From the NCBI GenBank assembly GCA_024230095.1, contig JAAERS010000388.1, forward strand, positions 9,298-73,297: a DNA stretch of 64,000 bases. The letters are read 5' to 3'. This DNA comes from Gammaproteobacteria bacterium (GTDB lineage Bacteria > Pseudomonadota > Gammaproteobacteria > Pseudomonadales > Balneatricaceae). The notes under the pieces were generated by a model that saw only the letters and a list, made by a program, of their open reading frames with translations, was not told the DNA's origin and did not search any database. The position numbers and the translations under genes are program-made. Below are positions 27,439-36,229 of the stretch, piece after piece (position 1 is the stretch's first letter; every line of letters starts with the position of its first letter).

Positions 27439-27975
27439 CTAAGATCCGCTGGCGACCCTTTTCCAACCCAATAAGTAAGGTTCATTAAGGCCAAAGCCGT
27501 CATTATGCAGGTCTAAAGGTATTGCTCTAGAAAAATTAGAGGGCCACAATGTATTTTCATAATTGGCTTCTATCACGGTTATCAGGCCCTTGTCCAAGTC
27601 AACACTATCAATAATAGCGACATGTCCCGTGCCCAAATAACCCTTATTATAAACTAGCAAATCACCAACCTCTGGGGCTACTTGATTAGGACAAGAGTAG
27701 TTTTTTGTAGCTACTTTAGCCAGTGTTGCAGGGTTATAAAACGAGTTAATCTGATACCAAATGTCAAATGCAAAGTCCACGTCATCAAATATCAGCTTGT
27801 GATTGTTGTAAAACCAACGCCTAGCATACTCAACACACTGCCACTTAAGGCCAGTTAATAATTCATGCTGATAGTTGCTTTGTGTTGACACAAAAGCACC
27901 CTGCCCATTTGAATAAGCGGCAGTGCCGTCGCGACTGACGCCTAACAGTTGGCCAAATTTTGTTACACCCTGCAT
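27439..27975 (-). CDS. Stand-alone CHAP-domain protein resembling the N-terminal amidase domain of glutathionylspermidine synthetase/amidase
   Basis: KWQCVEYARRW and TGHVAIID match the catalytic Cys and His contexts of E. coli Gss (KWQCVEFARR, TGHVAII). There is no signal peptide and no synthetase domain. Confidence 0.7.
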   Translation of the reverse strand: MQGVTKFGQLLGVSRDGTAAYSNGQGAFVSTQSNYQHELLTGLKWQCVEYARRWFYNNHKLIFDDVDFAFDIWYQINSFYNPATLAKVATKNYSCPNQVAPEVGDLLVYNKGYLGTGHVAIIDSVDLDKGLITVIEANYENTLWPSNFSRAIPLDLHNDGFGLNEPYLLGWKRVASGS

Positions 27976-28049
27976 GCCAATAGGCTCCTAGCAATGTCTG
28001 CCCTTATCATAACTGAGCCTTCTCCATGGTCAGTAGCGATCCAACTTGT

Positions 28050-29309
28050 TTAGTGGGCATAAGCCTTTTTCACTTCTTCGGCAATGATGGCCAAACCTTG
28101 TTCAATGCGCTGGGGACTTTGCGCCGCATAATTCACACGAATACATTCATGCCGGTGTCGCCATTGATCCTTGATGCCAAGGAAAAAATGGTGCCCTGAT
28201 ACCACAATAACACCTCGAGCTTTAAGGCGCTCATATAGCTCTTGGCTGGTGATTGGCATACCCTTAAACCACAACCAAGTAAACATCGTGCCTTCAGGTT
28301 TATGCATAGCCCAAGGAATACTTGTGCCCATTTCACGATGCAATACAGACTTCGTTAAAGCCAGTTGCTGCTCATAATAAGGCCTAACTACTTCGTTGCT
28401 AAGGCGAATAATATCGCCTGTATGGACTAAATTTTGGGTTAAGGCCGCACCAAAATTACCACTGGCCAAGTTTATGATGGCGTTGGTACGAGCAATGGTC
28501 TGAATGACTTCTTCATTCGCCACCACAATGCCCGTGCGAGCGCTGGGCAAGCCCAGTTTGGACAGGCTCAAACAAACAATGGTATTGTCATTCCAAAATG
28601 GCGTCGCTTGGGTATATATCAGACTTGGAAACGGCACCCCATAGGCGCCATCAATAATCAAAGGCACATCGGCAGCCCTTGCCATGGCATCTAAATGTTC
28701 CACCTCTTCATCAGTGATCACATTGCCCGTTGGATTAGTCGGACGAGAAACACAAATGGCACCCGTTTGCGCACCTATACTCAACTCATCAAATTGCACT
28801 CGGTATTTGAATTCTCGCCCACCTAGCTCATCGATTTGGGGATGGGCCGCCACTAGAAAATCAGGCTCCAAGCCAGCATCGGCATAACCGATATATTCGG
28901 GCGCCGAAGGCAGCTGGATTTGGCGGTATGTACCATCATTACAAGAGCCGGCAAACATATTAAAGAGCATGAAGAAGCCCGCTTGGCTGCCGTTAGTGAG
29001 GGCAATATTGCGTTCACTCACCTGCCAACCCAGTTGCTTACGAAACAATGCCGCCAAATCAGCAATGAAGGTGGCGTTGCCTTGAGGTGGATCATAACTA
29101 CTTAACAACTTATTCAGCTGTTGAGGATCCTGCGACAACTGGCGCATACGCTCCTGAAATAGGGCCTCCACAGCGGGTATAGCGGCTGGATTGCCGCCGC
29201 CCATCATGATCATATCGCGACCACTAGCCAGTGCATCACCAATATCATCCATCAATACCTGAACACCCGAAGTGGAACCAAATTTTTCGCCAAAAGCGGA
29301 CAGTTTCAT
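28050..29309 (-). CDS. avtA: Valine--pyruvate aminotransferase
   Basis: The N-terminus MKLSAFGEKFGSTSGVQVLMDDIGDAL...MMGGGNPA closely parallels E. coli AvtA. It has the ALTNGSQ and SLSK(L) PLP-lysine motifs. Confidence 0.85.
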   Translation of the reverse strand: MKLSAFGEKFGSTSGVQVLMDDIGDALASGRDMIMMGGGNPAAIPAVEALFQERMRQLSQDPQQLNKLLSSYDPPQGNATFIADLAALFRKQLGWQVSERNIALTNGSQAGFFMLFNMFAGSCNDGTYRQIQLPSAPEYIGYADAGLEPDFLVAAHPQIDELGGREFKYRVQFDELSIGAQTGAICVSRPTNPTGNVITDEEVEHLDAMARAADVPLIIDGAYGVPFPSLIYTQATPFWNDNTIVCLSLSKLGLPSARTGIVVANEEVIQTIARTNAIINLASGNFGAALTQNLVHTGDIIRLSNEVVRPYYEQQLALTKSVLHREMGTSIPWAMHKPEGTMFTWLWFKGMPITSQELYERLKARGVIVVSGHHFFLGIKDQWRHRHECIRVNYAAQSPQRIEQGLAIIAEEVKKAYAH

Positions 29310-29975
29310 ATATTTCTCAAAATTTTACTTAATCAATCCATTTCCATCAGGGCCAAGAGCAAAAGCCTCGTACAATATCAACTTACACCATCAATTTTTT
29401 ATCATTCCTGACGATGCCATTTAGCAATGATTGAAGACACCTGACATTTGCTACAGTATGCCCGATAGCCAGAGCATGTCTGTTGCATTTTTTGCGCAAT
29501 ATGAACAATCAATGAACTATATATACTAAATAATATGTGATTTTAGGATGCATGTTCCATTGCATATTTATTCGACCGAAACTCGCTCAACATTAAAATA
29601 TAATAGCTGCAATCGCAAGCTGACCTGCCTACCTAAAGCCTAGCAGTATAGGCTGACCTAGTTACTGGCAACCCATCAAGCACCTGCAAGAAGCTAACCT
29701 GTTGGCGACCATCATCAATTTAATTGATACTAAAAAATGAGTTGAGTGTGATCATTTTTGTAAGCCGTGATGAACTGACACAAGCCTATCTTGGTATCGC
29801 GGCTCTGGCCATGAAGGACTTGATTCTGTGCAGCATGATGTCTGAAACATGGACCATTTATTGTGCATTATGGTGTTACCCATTGAACAATATGAGCAGT
29901 CCCTAGGGCGCTCACTAGCGCGACTGCCTGGCATGCAATTTCTGAATTCCTTGGCTTATCAATTAAAAAACACTA

Positions 29976-30479
29976 TCAACCTGCGCTGTCATCGGTATTA
30001 AGATAGTACTGCCAGAATTCAGCCCGACCAGCCTCACCTGCCAACTCATACGGAGCAAAACCAAAACGCCGGTAGGCCTGCTGGGCAACCTGGTTATTGC
30101 CCAACACTTCCAAGGTAACTTTGGCAGCACCCTTTTGTCGCGCCTTATCGGCTATGGCTTGCAACAAAATCTGACTAATGCCTTGACCGCGGTAATCCGC
30201 CAATACGGCCAAGTCATGAATATTAATTAAAGGTCTAGCGGCAAAGGTAGAAAAACCTATAAAGCAATTACAAAAGCCAACGCTTTTGCCACCAACCTTG
30301 ACCACGAGGCTGAACATATTATCTTGTTTGGGTAACTCAGTAAGCAAACGTTGCCGCACGGAATCGGTCAGCGCTTCTCCACCGCCCATGGGATCTAGGG
30401 CGTAGGCGTTCAACAAGCCTATTAACTCCTGCAACTCCGTATTATTTGCATAGCTTACGGTAACCACATCAATGTTCAT
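29976..30479 (-). CDS. GNAT-family N-acetyltransferase
   Basis: 167 aa with the acetyl-CoA motif YRGQGISQILL. Confidence 0.85.
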   Translation of the reverse strand: MNIDVVTVSYANNTELQELIGLLNAYALDPMGGGEALTDSVRQRLLTELPKQDNMFSLVVKVGGKSVGFCNCFIGFSTFAARPLINIHDLAVLADYRGQGISQILLQAIADKARQKGAAKVTLEVLGNNQVAQQAYRRFGFAPYELAGEAGRAEFWQYYLNTDDSAG

Positions 30480-30576
30480 TGCTAGCTCCTAAATCATGAT
30501 CTACTAATCTCTTATTACTATATTGAATAAGATATAAATTTTTTATTACTTTTAGTTACTTCGTAAATATAGCATA

Positions 30577-31269
30577 ATGACCGTAAGCAACCTCCGGTAC
30601 CGAAAAATTATGCAACTTAGAACCGAACTATCTACTTTTGAGCTCCTACAAAGTACTGACCGAGTGCTAACATCCGGTGTGGCCGATTGGCAGGCCAGTG
30701 CAACCTTTCTCGAACTTTGCCTGCAACACGCGAAACGGCCTGTTGTGACCTCCAGCTTTGGCCCACAATCGGGTGTATTATTGCATATGATTAGCCAGAT
30801 AGCTCCCGACATCCCGGTCATCTGGGTTGATTCAGGTTACAACCTCCCTGCTACCTACCGCCATGCAGAACACCTTAGTTCTAGCCTAAGCTTAAACCTT
30901 AAGGTCTATACTCCCAGCACCAGTGCCGCTTTTTGGGATGCTACACGCGGCGGCATACCTACGGTGGATGATAACCAACATGCCGCCTTTACCGATAACT
31001 TCAAAATTTCACCTTTCCAACAGGCCTTAGACGAACTGCAACCCGACGTTTGGCTATCTAGTCTGCGCCGCCAGCAGTCAGCCCACCGAGCCGATTTAAC
31101 CCCTGTCCATCAAGGCCCCAATGGCATCATTAAATTGGCCCCCTTGCTCGACTGGCAAGATGAAGACATGCATGCCTATTTGCAACATCATCAGATTGCC
31201 GACGAAGAGCGCTATTTTGATCCCGTCAAAGCTCAGTATGGCCGCGAGTGTGGGTTACACAAAATATAG
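30577..31269 (+). CDS. cysH: Phosphoadenosine phosphosulfate (PAPS) reductase, thioredoxin-dependent type
   Basis: SSFGPQSGVLLH P-loop-like motif, NLKVY, and the C-terminal ECGLH motif. It lacks the CC...CxxC iron-sulfur motif of APS reductases. The start is uncertain (30577 or 30610). Confidence 0.8.
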   Translation: MTVSNLRYRKIMQLRTELSTFELLQSTDRVLTSGVADWQASATFLELCLQHAKRPVVTSSFGPQSGVLLHMISQIAPDIPVIWVDSGYNLPATYRHAEHLSSSLSLNLKVYTPSTSAAFWDATRGGIPTVDDNQHAAFTDNFKISPFQQALDELQPDVWLSSLRRQQSAHRADLTPVHQGPNGIIKLAPLLDWQDEDMHAYLQHHQIADEERYFDPVKAQYGRECGLHKI

Positions 31270-31655
31270 CGCTAGTGTTGCTTGAAGCAAACCCAACTGC
31301 GTTCTTCAAAACCGCCTATTGATGGCGTATGTGGCGCTATATTGTGGATCAGGTAAACGCTTTCCAGCGGCTTCCTCAACTAACTCCCTAGCCCGCCTAC
31401 ATGGAGGGTTAAGTTGTGCAGCGCCAGCCCAAATAAGAATATATAGTCGTTCCCCCGTGGCTAATTATTCACAACCGCTTTCCTAAAATCACCTGGTAAC
31501 GAATTACCCTTGCCACTCATTGCCCGTGATCATCCTTTCTAGCAACAATAACAAATTCAGCTATATGTTTTATGAACCGTCGGTCGCCGGTAAAAAAAGC
31601 AGTCTTGGTATGGTATAAAATAAACAAGTTGTCGTTACTATCTAGTTTAATTGTT

Positions 31656-32720
31656 ATGCGTGATTGTTTGTTAAATCTACAGGCAGGGCCTGCTGCGTTA
31701 GAGCATTTGCACCAGCATGGTTTGCACATTCGTGATTTTGGTTACATGTTGGCTGCCAGTGGCGGCCCTAAGTGGTTGGTATTAGCAGGTTTGGACAAGT
31801 ACCTAACTCAAGAGCACCCAGTGGATATGCAGGGCATCTATGGTTTAGGTACTTCAGCGGGGGCTTTTCGCTTAGCTTGTTACGCTCGCCAAGATGCTAC
31901 CCAAGCCATTACACAATTTGCTCATGACTACATCAATACCACCTACAGCGGCCCTCGCCCCCCTATGGAAGAGCGCGACAATTCCGTTAAAAACATCCTT
32001 GATGGCATTGTATTAGGCAAGGAAAAAGACATTATCAGCAGTCCTAATATGCGCCCCCACTGGATTACCAGCCAGTGCCATGGTCTTGGCCAAAGAGCGA
32101 ACTGGATGACGCAAATTGCCCATTTGGGGCTATCCTATATGGCTAACCGCGTGAGGCGTGAAGCTCTGGGGCTCTTGTACTCCCGCTCTTGCTTTATCCC
32201 TGAAGACAGCCGCTTGCAATTGCAGGATCCACATCAGCTACCTACCGACTATCACCACTTATCATCTAATAATTTATATGATTCTTTATTAGCCAGTGGC
32301 ACCATCCCCCTGTTTTCACCAGTGCGGCAAAATATAGTGGGAGCCCCAGGTAATCATGTGGATGGTGGTTTACTTGATTATCACTTCGATATGCAGTTAC
32401 AAGGTGCCACAAAACCACTAGTGCTGTACCCACACTTTAGCGCCCAACCAAGGGCTGGCTGGTTTGATAAGAAACTAACCCGCCAACCTCGCCCCAGTAG
32501 TTACGACAAGGTATTGCTGTTGACCCCAAGCGCGGCCTTTTTGGCTCGTTTAAAACAACAGCGTTTACCCGAGCGTGGGGATTTTCGTGCCTATGATGAC
32601 ATCACGCGCAAGCAGGCATGGCAACAAGCTGTTGATTTGTCTAACTATCTAGCCGACGAATTGCAGAAGGTTATTGTTACTCAAGATCTAAGTCTCATCA
32701 AACCCCTACGACTAACCTAG
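31656..32720 (+). CDS. Patatin-like phospholipase family protein
   Basis: GTSAG (GxSxG nucleophile) and HVDGGLLDY (catalytic Asp-Gly-Gly). The track start at 31572 adds an implausible N-terminus, so the ATG at 31656 is preferred. Confidence 0.65.
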   Translation: MRDCLLNLQAGPAALEHLHQHGLHIRDFGYMLAASGGPKWLVLAGLDKYLTQEHPVDMQGIYGLGTSAGAFRLACYARQDATQAITQFAHDYINTTYSGPRPPMEERDNSVKNILDGIVLGKEKDIISSPNMRPHWITSQCHGLGQRANWMTQIAHLGLSYMANRVRREALGLLYSRSCFIPEDSRLQLQDPHQLPTDYHHLSSNNLYDSLLASGTIPLFSPVRQNIVGAPGNHVDGGLLDYHFDMQLQGATKPLVLYPHFSAQPRAGWFDKKLTRQPRPSSYDKVLLLTPSAAFLARLKQQRLPERGDFRAYDDITRKQAWQQAVDLSNYLADELQKVIVTQDLSLIKPLRLT

Positions 32721-33071
32721 GCGCCCCCATAGAATGAGACCATTTAGGTTTTAGCGCACCGGTAGATTTTTCTCCTTTAGAAAGCCAAGCATGCAGTTCC
32801 CAGTCATCTCCCCGCCTTGAGAACCGACAGCAACCCCACATTGCGTAGGCTCATACTCTCGCGCATGGAGTGGCTACAAGGCTTGCTAGCAGGTTGGTGG
32901 TTCTATCCGCACTACCAAGCCATCTTGCCATACACCAAAGCAACGGTTCCAGACAGTCAGAAACACAGTCCACTGAACATCTTGTTTCCGTACTCATCAG
33001 CATGAGCAGATACATACTCACGCACTCGTTGCGTTGCGTTGTGTCTTCGTCGTATAGCAGGGATGCGCTAC

Positions 33072-33353
33072 TTAGCGGAATATGCCATCGCCCATTTGGT
33101 CGATACTTTGCTTGGCTTTAAACAGGGTTAATTCATGGGCATCATCTAGACTATAGGCCAGGTCTGCACGAATAAACTGATGCTCCTTGCCGTCTTTACG
33201 GATAACCCCTGACACCCGAAAGCCACCATCGACCTTACTAGGTTGTGTTTCAATAACAAAGCCTTGGTACTCGTGTTCTTGGCTTGGTGCGGAGGCCGGC
33301 GTGCGACTGCCGCTGCCTAAAAACAATTTGCTTAGGCCAGACAATAGACCCAT
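33072..33353 (-). CDS. Small conserved protein of the family often annotated 'HlyU-like transcriptional activator' (not the ArsR-type HlyU)
   Basis: 93 aa. The pattern MGLLSGLSKLF....EYQGF.I...P......FRVSG.I.K.....KEH.FIR.D......DA..L...KA...IDQMGD.IF matches my memory of this family. Confidence 0.5.
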   Translation of the reverse strand: MGLLSGLSKLFLGSGSRTPASAPSQEHEYQGFVIETQPSKVDGGFRVSGVIRKDGKEHQFIRADLAYSLDDAHELTLFKAKQSIDQMGDGIFR

Positions 33354-33415
33354 ATCAACTCCTATAAATTTTGCTATGCTAGACTGCCAACATCATACCA
33401 CAGTGGAATCCATGC

Positions 33416-34027
33416 ATGGATAAGGTTGATTATAAAAAGCAGCTACCTCATCTGTACAAGGCCAGCACTAAGACTATTGCCGAGGTCACATTGGACCCCA
33501 TGTCTTACTTAATGGTTGATGGTCATGGCAGTCCACAAGATCAAATGTTTATGGATGCCATCGAAACCCTATATGGTATGGCGTACAGCTTAAAATTCAT
33601 GCTCAAAGCCGCACCCAAACCTTTCGATAGTGTGGTGATGCCCATGGAAATGCTCACCTGGGCAGAAGACTGGAGCGCGTTCCCCGAAAAACGCTACGAG
33701 GAGTGGCATTGGACCCTAATGATCATGATGCCACCACGGGTTGACCATGCCCACTTTGAAACGGCTCGCCAACAACTCAAAACCAAGAAAAAACCGACTT
33801 TAATTGACACTTGTCGCTTACAAACCCTACACGAGGGCACCTGCGTGCAAGTCATGCATGTGGGACCTTATGATCAGGTGGGTAGCGATATTCAACGCCT
33901 GCACACTAGGATCAAGGAATTGGGCGGCCAACTGCACGGCAAACACCATGAAATTTACTTGAGTGACCCAAGACGCACAGCCCCAGAAAAGTTAAGGACC
34001 ATTGTGCGAGCAGCTTATCGTACCTAA
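33416..34027 (+). CDS. GyrI-like small-molecule-binding domain protein
   Basis: 203 aa. The N-terminus YKKQLPHLYKAS.K...V.L.PM.YLMVDGHG.P....F..A...LY..AY.LKF is typical of the GyrI-like / DUF family, recognised by eye. Confidence 0.55.
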   Translation: MDKVDYKKQLPHLYKASTKTIAEVTLDPMSYLMVDGHGSPQDQMFMDAIETLYGMAYSLKFMLKAAPKPFDSVVMPMEMLTWAEDWSAFPEKRYEEWHWTLMIMMPPRVDHAHFETARQQLKTKKKPTLIDTCRLQTLHEGTCVQVMHVGPYDQVGSDIQRLHTRIKELGGQLHGKHHEIYLSDPRRTAPEKLRTIVRAAYRT

Positions 34028-34058
34028 ATGGACTAAGCCTTTGGCCGGTTAGGCAAAC

Positions 34059-34505
34059 CTACCAGCTACCAATATTATCCATGGAAGCCCAAGGCTCCTG
34101 TGCGGCTAGAGCCCCACCCTCTTGTATCAGCTCCACAGACACACCGTCAGGCGATTTAACAAACGCCATATGACCATCTCTGGGCGGCCGGTTAATCACC
34201 ACACCCGCGTCCATTAAACGCTGGCAAACCCCATAGATGTCATCCACGTTGTAAGCCACATGCCCCCACGCTCGGCCCGTACTTAGAGGTTCAGCTTCGC
34301 CGTCCCAATTGTAGGTTAGTTCCAGTTCTGGTGAGCGCTCTTGGTGCGCGCGTTGCACATCAGTTGGCGCAGCCAGAAATACTAGGCTGAAACGACCACC
34401 CTCATAATCATTGCGGCGGATTTCTTCTAAGCCAAGCTGGTTGCACCAAAAATCCAAAGACGCATCCAAGTCAGTCACTCGAACCATAGTATGACGATAA
34501 CGCAT
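34059..34505 (-). CDS. gloA: Lactoylglutathione lyase (glyoxalase I) / VOC family
   Basis: HTMVRVTDLDASLDFW...LG......ELELTYNWD..... and HVAY.VDDI follow the GloA pattern. Confidence 0.75.
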   Translation of the reverse strand: MRYRHTMVRVTDLDASLDFWCNQLGLEEIRRNDYEGGRFSLVFLAAPTDVQRAHQERSPELELTYNWDGEAEPLSTGRAWGHVAYNVDDIYGVCQRLMDAGVVINRPPRDGHMAFVKSPDGVSVELIQEGGALAAQEPWASMDNIGSW

Positions 34506-34569
34506 AAAAAATCCAAAAACATTGTTTGAGGGTATTTTAGACCAAGTGGCTCAGAAAGAAAGGGATACT

Positions 34570-35260
34570 TTACTTTTCCATAAACTGGCGCGAAATTTTT
34601 AGCACTGTCTTACGTGGCATAAATGGGATAACCCAGCTCAACATAAACTTCAGCTGACTTTCATTGAAGATAACTAGCTCACCCTTCTCCATGCCTTGGT
34701 AGCCAAGCTTGGCACACTGCTCAGCCGTCTTTACCTTACCTTTCAAATCACCACGCTCTTGGAAACCGGTTTTACTGGACCTGGACATAAGGCAGATACA
34801 GTAACACTAGTGCCCTTCAGCTCTTCAGCTCTTCAGCTCTTCAACGATAGCCTGAGAGTAAGTATTTTAAAAGTCATCGTTTGAGGGATTGAGTTCTTGC
34901 TAGAAAACATCTTTTGATATGTCTAACCTATTGTAGGTGAACTGAATATGAACACCTTTTTCATGAGTTATTAATTGGCATAGTGGTTTAATAGTGATTA
35001 CTGAAAATTCATTTATTTTTTGAAGTAGAAAACATGAATCGAAAAGCAAAAGAAACTACAAAGGCCTTTGACGCATAATATACCGCCTGCAATAGTCCTA
35101 GCATGAAAAAGGCGGTGGAAGATACATTTAGAACCTTACCCTTACTACGTGCCACTACTAATACGATTTGTACCATAGCTATTAGAGCCGCTTGAAATAG
35201 GTTAATTGTCAAAGCCCGTAAAGACGAGTAAAGCTCAGTGAAGAGACTCGCACACTGCAA
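34570..35260 (-). pseudogene. Decayed SDR-family oxidoreductase gene
   Basis: Minus-strand frames read ..GKVLNVSSTA......AVYYASKAFVVSF, then an unrelated AT-rich segment of about 190 bp, then YSQAIVEELKGTSVTVSALCPGPVK, a frame change, and TGFQERGDL...ISRQFMEK. The N-terminal Rossmann part is absent because that space is occupied by a plus-strand gene. Confidence 0.75.
34815..34843. repeat. Tandem 8-bp repeat CTTCAGCT x3 (plus a partial copy) inside the SDR pseudogene
   Basis: Read directly from the sequence. With one copy the SDR frame reads through as ..IVEELKG... The two extra copies add 16 nt and shift the frame. Confidence 0.9.
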
Positions 35261-35321
35261 TAACTTGGCATTTAATAGCGCCCATGCAGAAGCAACCCAC
35301 TATTTAATTTGAGAATTCACG

Positions 35322-35816
35322 ATGACCACAGAAGCAACCCCAAATAGCGCAGAAAAAGACAAAAGTGGCTGGCAGTACAGTATGATTAAAACCCGCTGGG
35401 TGTGGGATGTGGCATTGCTAGTGAGCTTCATAATTGTATCCATCCCACAATCCACAGGCTTAGCCATACACGAATGGGCTAGCGTGGTATTTGTTGTACC
35501 TTTCGTTATTCACCTAATCCTACACTGGGACTGGATGAAAAACCTACCAACCACCTTTGTACAAAAGCTACAAGCGAGTGAGCGTTTCAATATCATTTGG
35601 GATGCCGCCTTGTACTTCATGATGGTCTTTGTCACCTTTTCTGGTTTCTTAGCTTCTGAAGTTATTTTTGTACAGCTTGATATTGATTTAGAAGTGCTGC
35701 CCTTCTGGCAGCAGCTACACGACGACACTTCCAACTTTATTCTACCAATGTTAGGTATTCACCTTGCCCTACACTGGAATTGGATAAAGAAAGCCACCAA
35801 AAAGATGCGTAAATAA
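35322..35816 (+). CDS. DUF4405-like membrane protein (4 TM, paired His motifs; cytochrome-b-like)
   Basis: 164 aa. Repeated H-x-W motifs sit at TM ends (IHEWASV...VIHLILHWDW and GIHLALHWNW). Confidence 0.55.
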   Translation: MTTEATPNSAEKDKSGWQYSMIKTRWVWDVALLVSFIIVSIPQSTGLAIHEWASVVFVVPFVIHLILHWDWMKNLPTTFVQKLQASERFNIIWDAALYFMMVFVTFSGFLASEVIFVQLDIDLEVLPFWQQLHDDTSNFILPMLGIHLALHWNWIKKATKKMRK

Positions 35817-35872
35817 AGTCAACTAGCCAAGCTAATGCAGCAATCAACATAGACACAAATGAAGAGACAGAT

Positions 35873-36169
35873 ATGAATTATTTAGCAGAAGACTTTGGCA
35901 AGCGCTTTGGTATTGTTTTGATGATTACCGTGATAGTTGGCTTGGCCATGTGGGGATTTGAGTTTACCGAGTATGCCATCGACATCAATGAAAACGGTTT
36001 TAGTGGAGATCATCACGGTGAAGGCGAACGTGAGGGTGGCGAAGCGCCTGAAGGTATGAGTGCACTGCGCTATTTCATGCCACTAGTTAAGATCAGTTTA
36101 ATGACCTTGATACCCGCAGCTATTTGGGTATGGGTTAGCAAGTTGATTAATCGTAAGAAAGCAGCTTAG
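35873..36169 (+). CDS. Small two-TM membrane protein with a His/Glu/Gly-rich loop (hypothetical)
   Basis: 98 aa. Two hydrophobic helices flank GDHHGEGEREGGEAPEG. It lies 56 nt downstream of the DUF4405-like gene. Confidence 0.5.
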   Translation: MNYLAEDFGKRFGIVLMITVIVGLAMWGFEFTEYAIDINENGFSGDHHGEGEREGGEAPEGMSALRYFMPLVKISLMTLIPAAIWVWVSKLINRKKAA

Positions 36170-36190
36170 TAATCACTACAAAGTAATTAC

Positions 36191-36214
36191 AAAAAAGGGG
36201 CCTAAGCCCCTTTT
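36191..36214. terminator. Bidirectional intrinsic terminator (AAAAAAGGGGC-CTAA-GCCCCTTTT)
   Basis: A GC stem is flanked by an A-run and a T-run, between convergent genes. Confidence 0.75.
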
Positions 36215-36229
36215 ATCATTCGATCAAGC

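Noticed and set aside
27439-27975. The CHAP domain could be a phage endolysin or secreted peptidoglycan hydrolase.
   Set aside because: It has no signal peptide and no cell-wall-binding domain, and no phage genes are nearby. The catalytic-site contexts match the cytoplasmic glutathionylspermidine amidase instead.
30577-31269. The PAPS-reductase-fold protein could be a DndC/defence-type or 7-deazaguanine-type enzyme.
   Set aside because: It has the assimilatory CysH length and the C-terminal ECGLH motif. No dnd, dpd or pbe partners are present.
31656-32720. The patatin-like lipase could be a CBASS (CapV-type) or other anti-phage effector.
   Set aside because: No cyclase/CD-NTase, SMODS, TIR, nuclease or ATPase partner is adjacent. 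The neighbours are cysH and a small HlyU-like gene with large spacers. A lone patatin gene is not evidence of a defence system.
34815-34843. Short tandem repeats could be a CRISPR or phase-variation element.
   Set aside because: There are only three 8-bp units, with no spacers and no cas genes. They lie inside an already multiply disrupted pseudogene, so phase-variable expression is unlikely.
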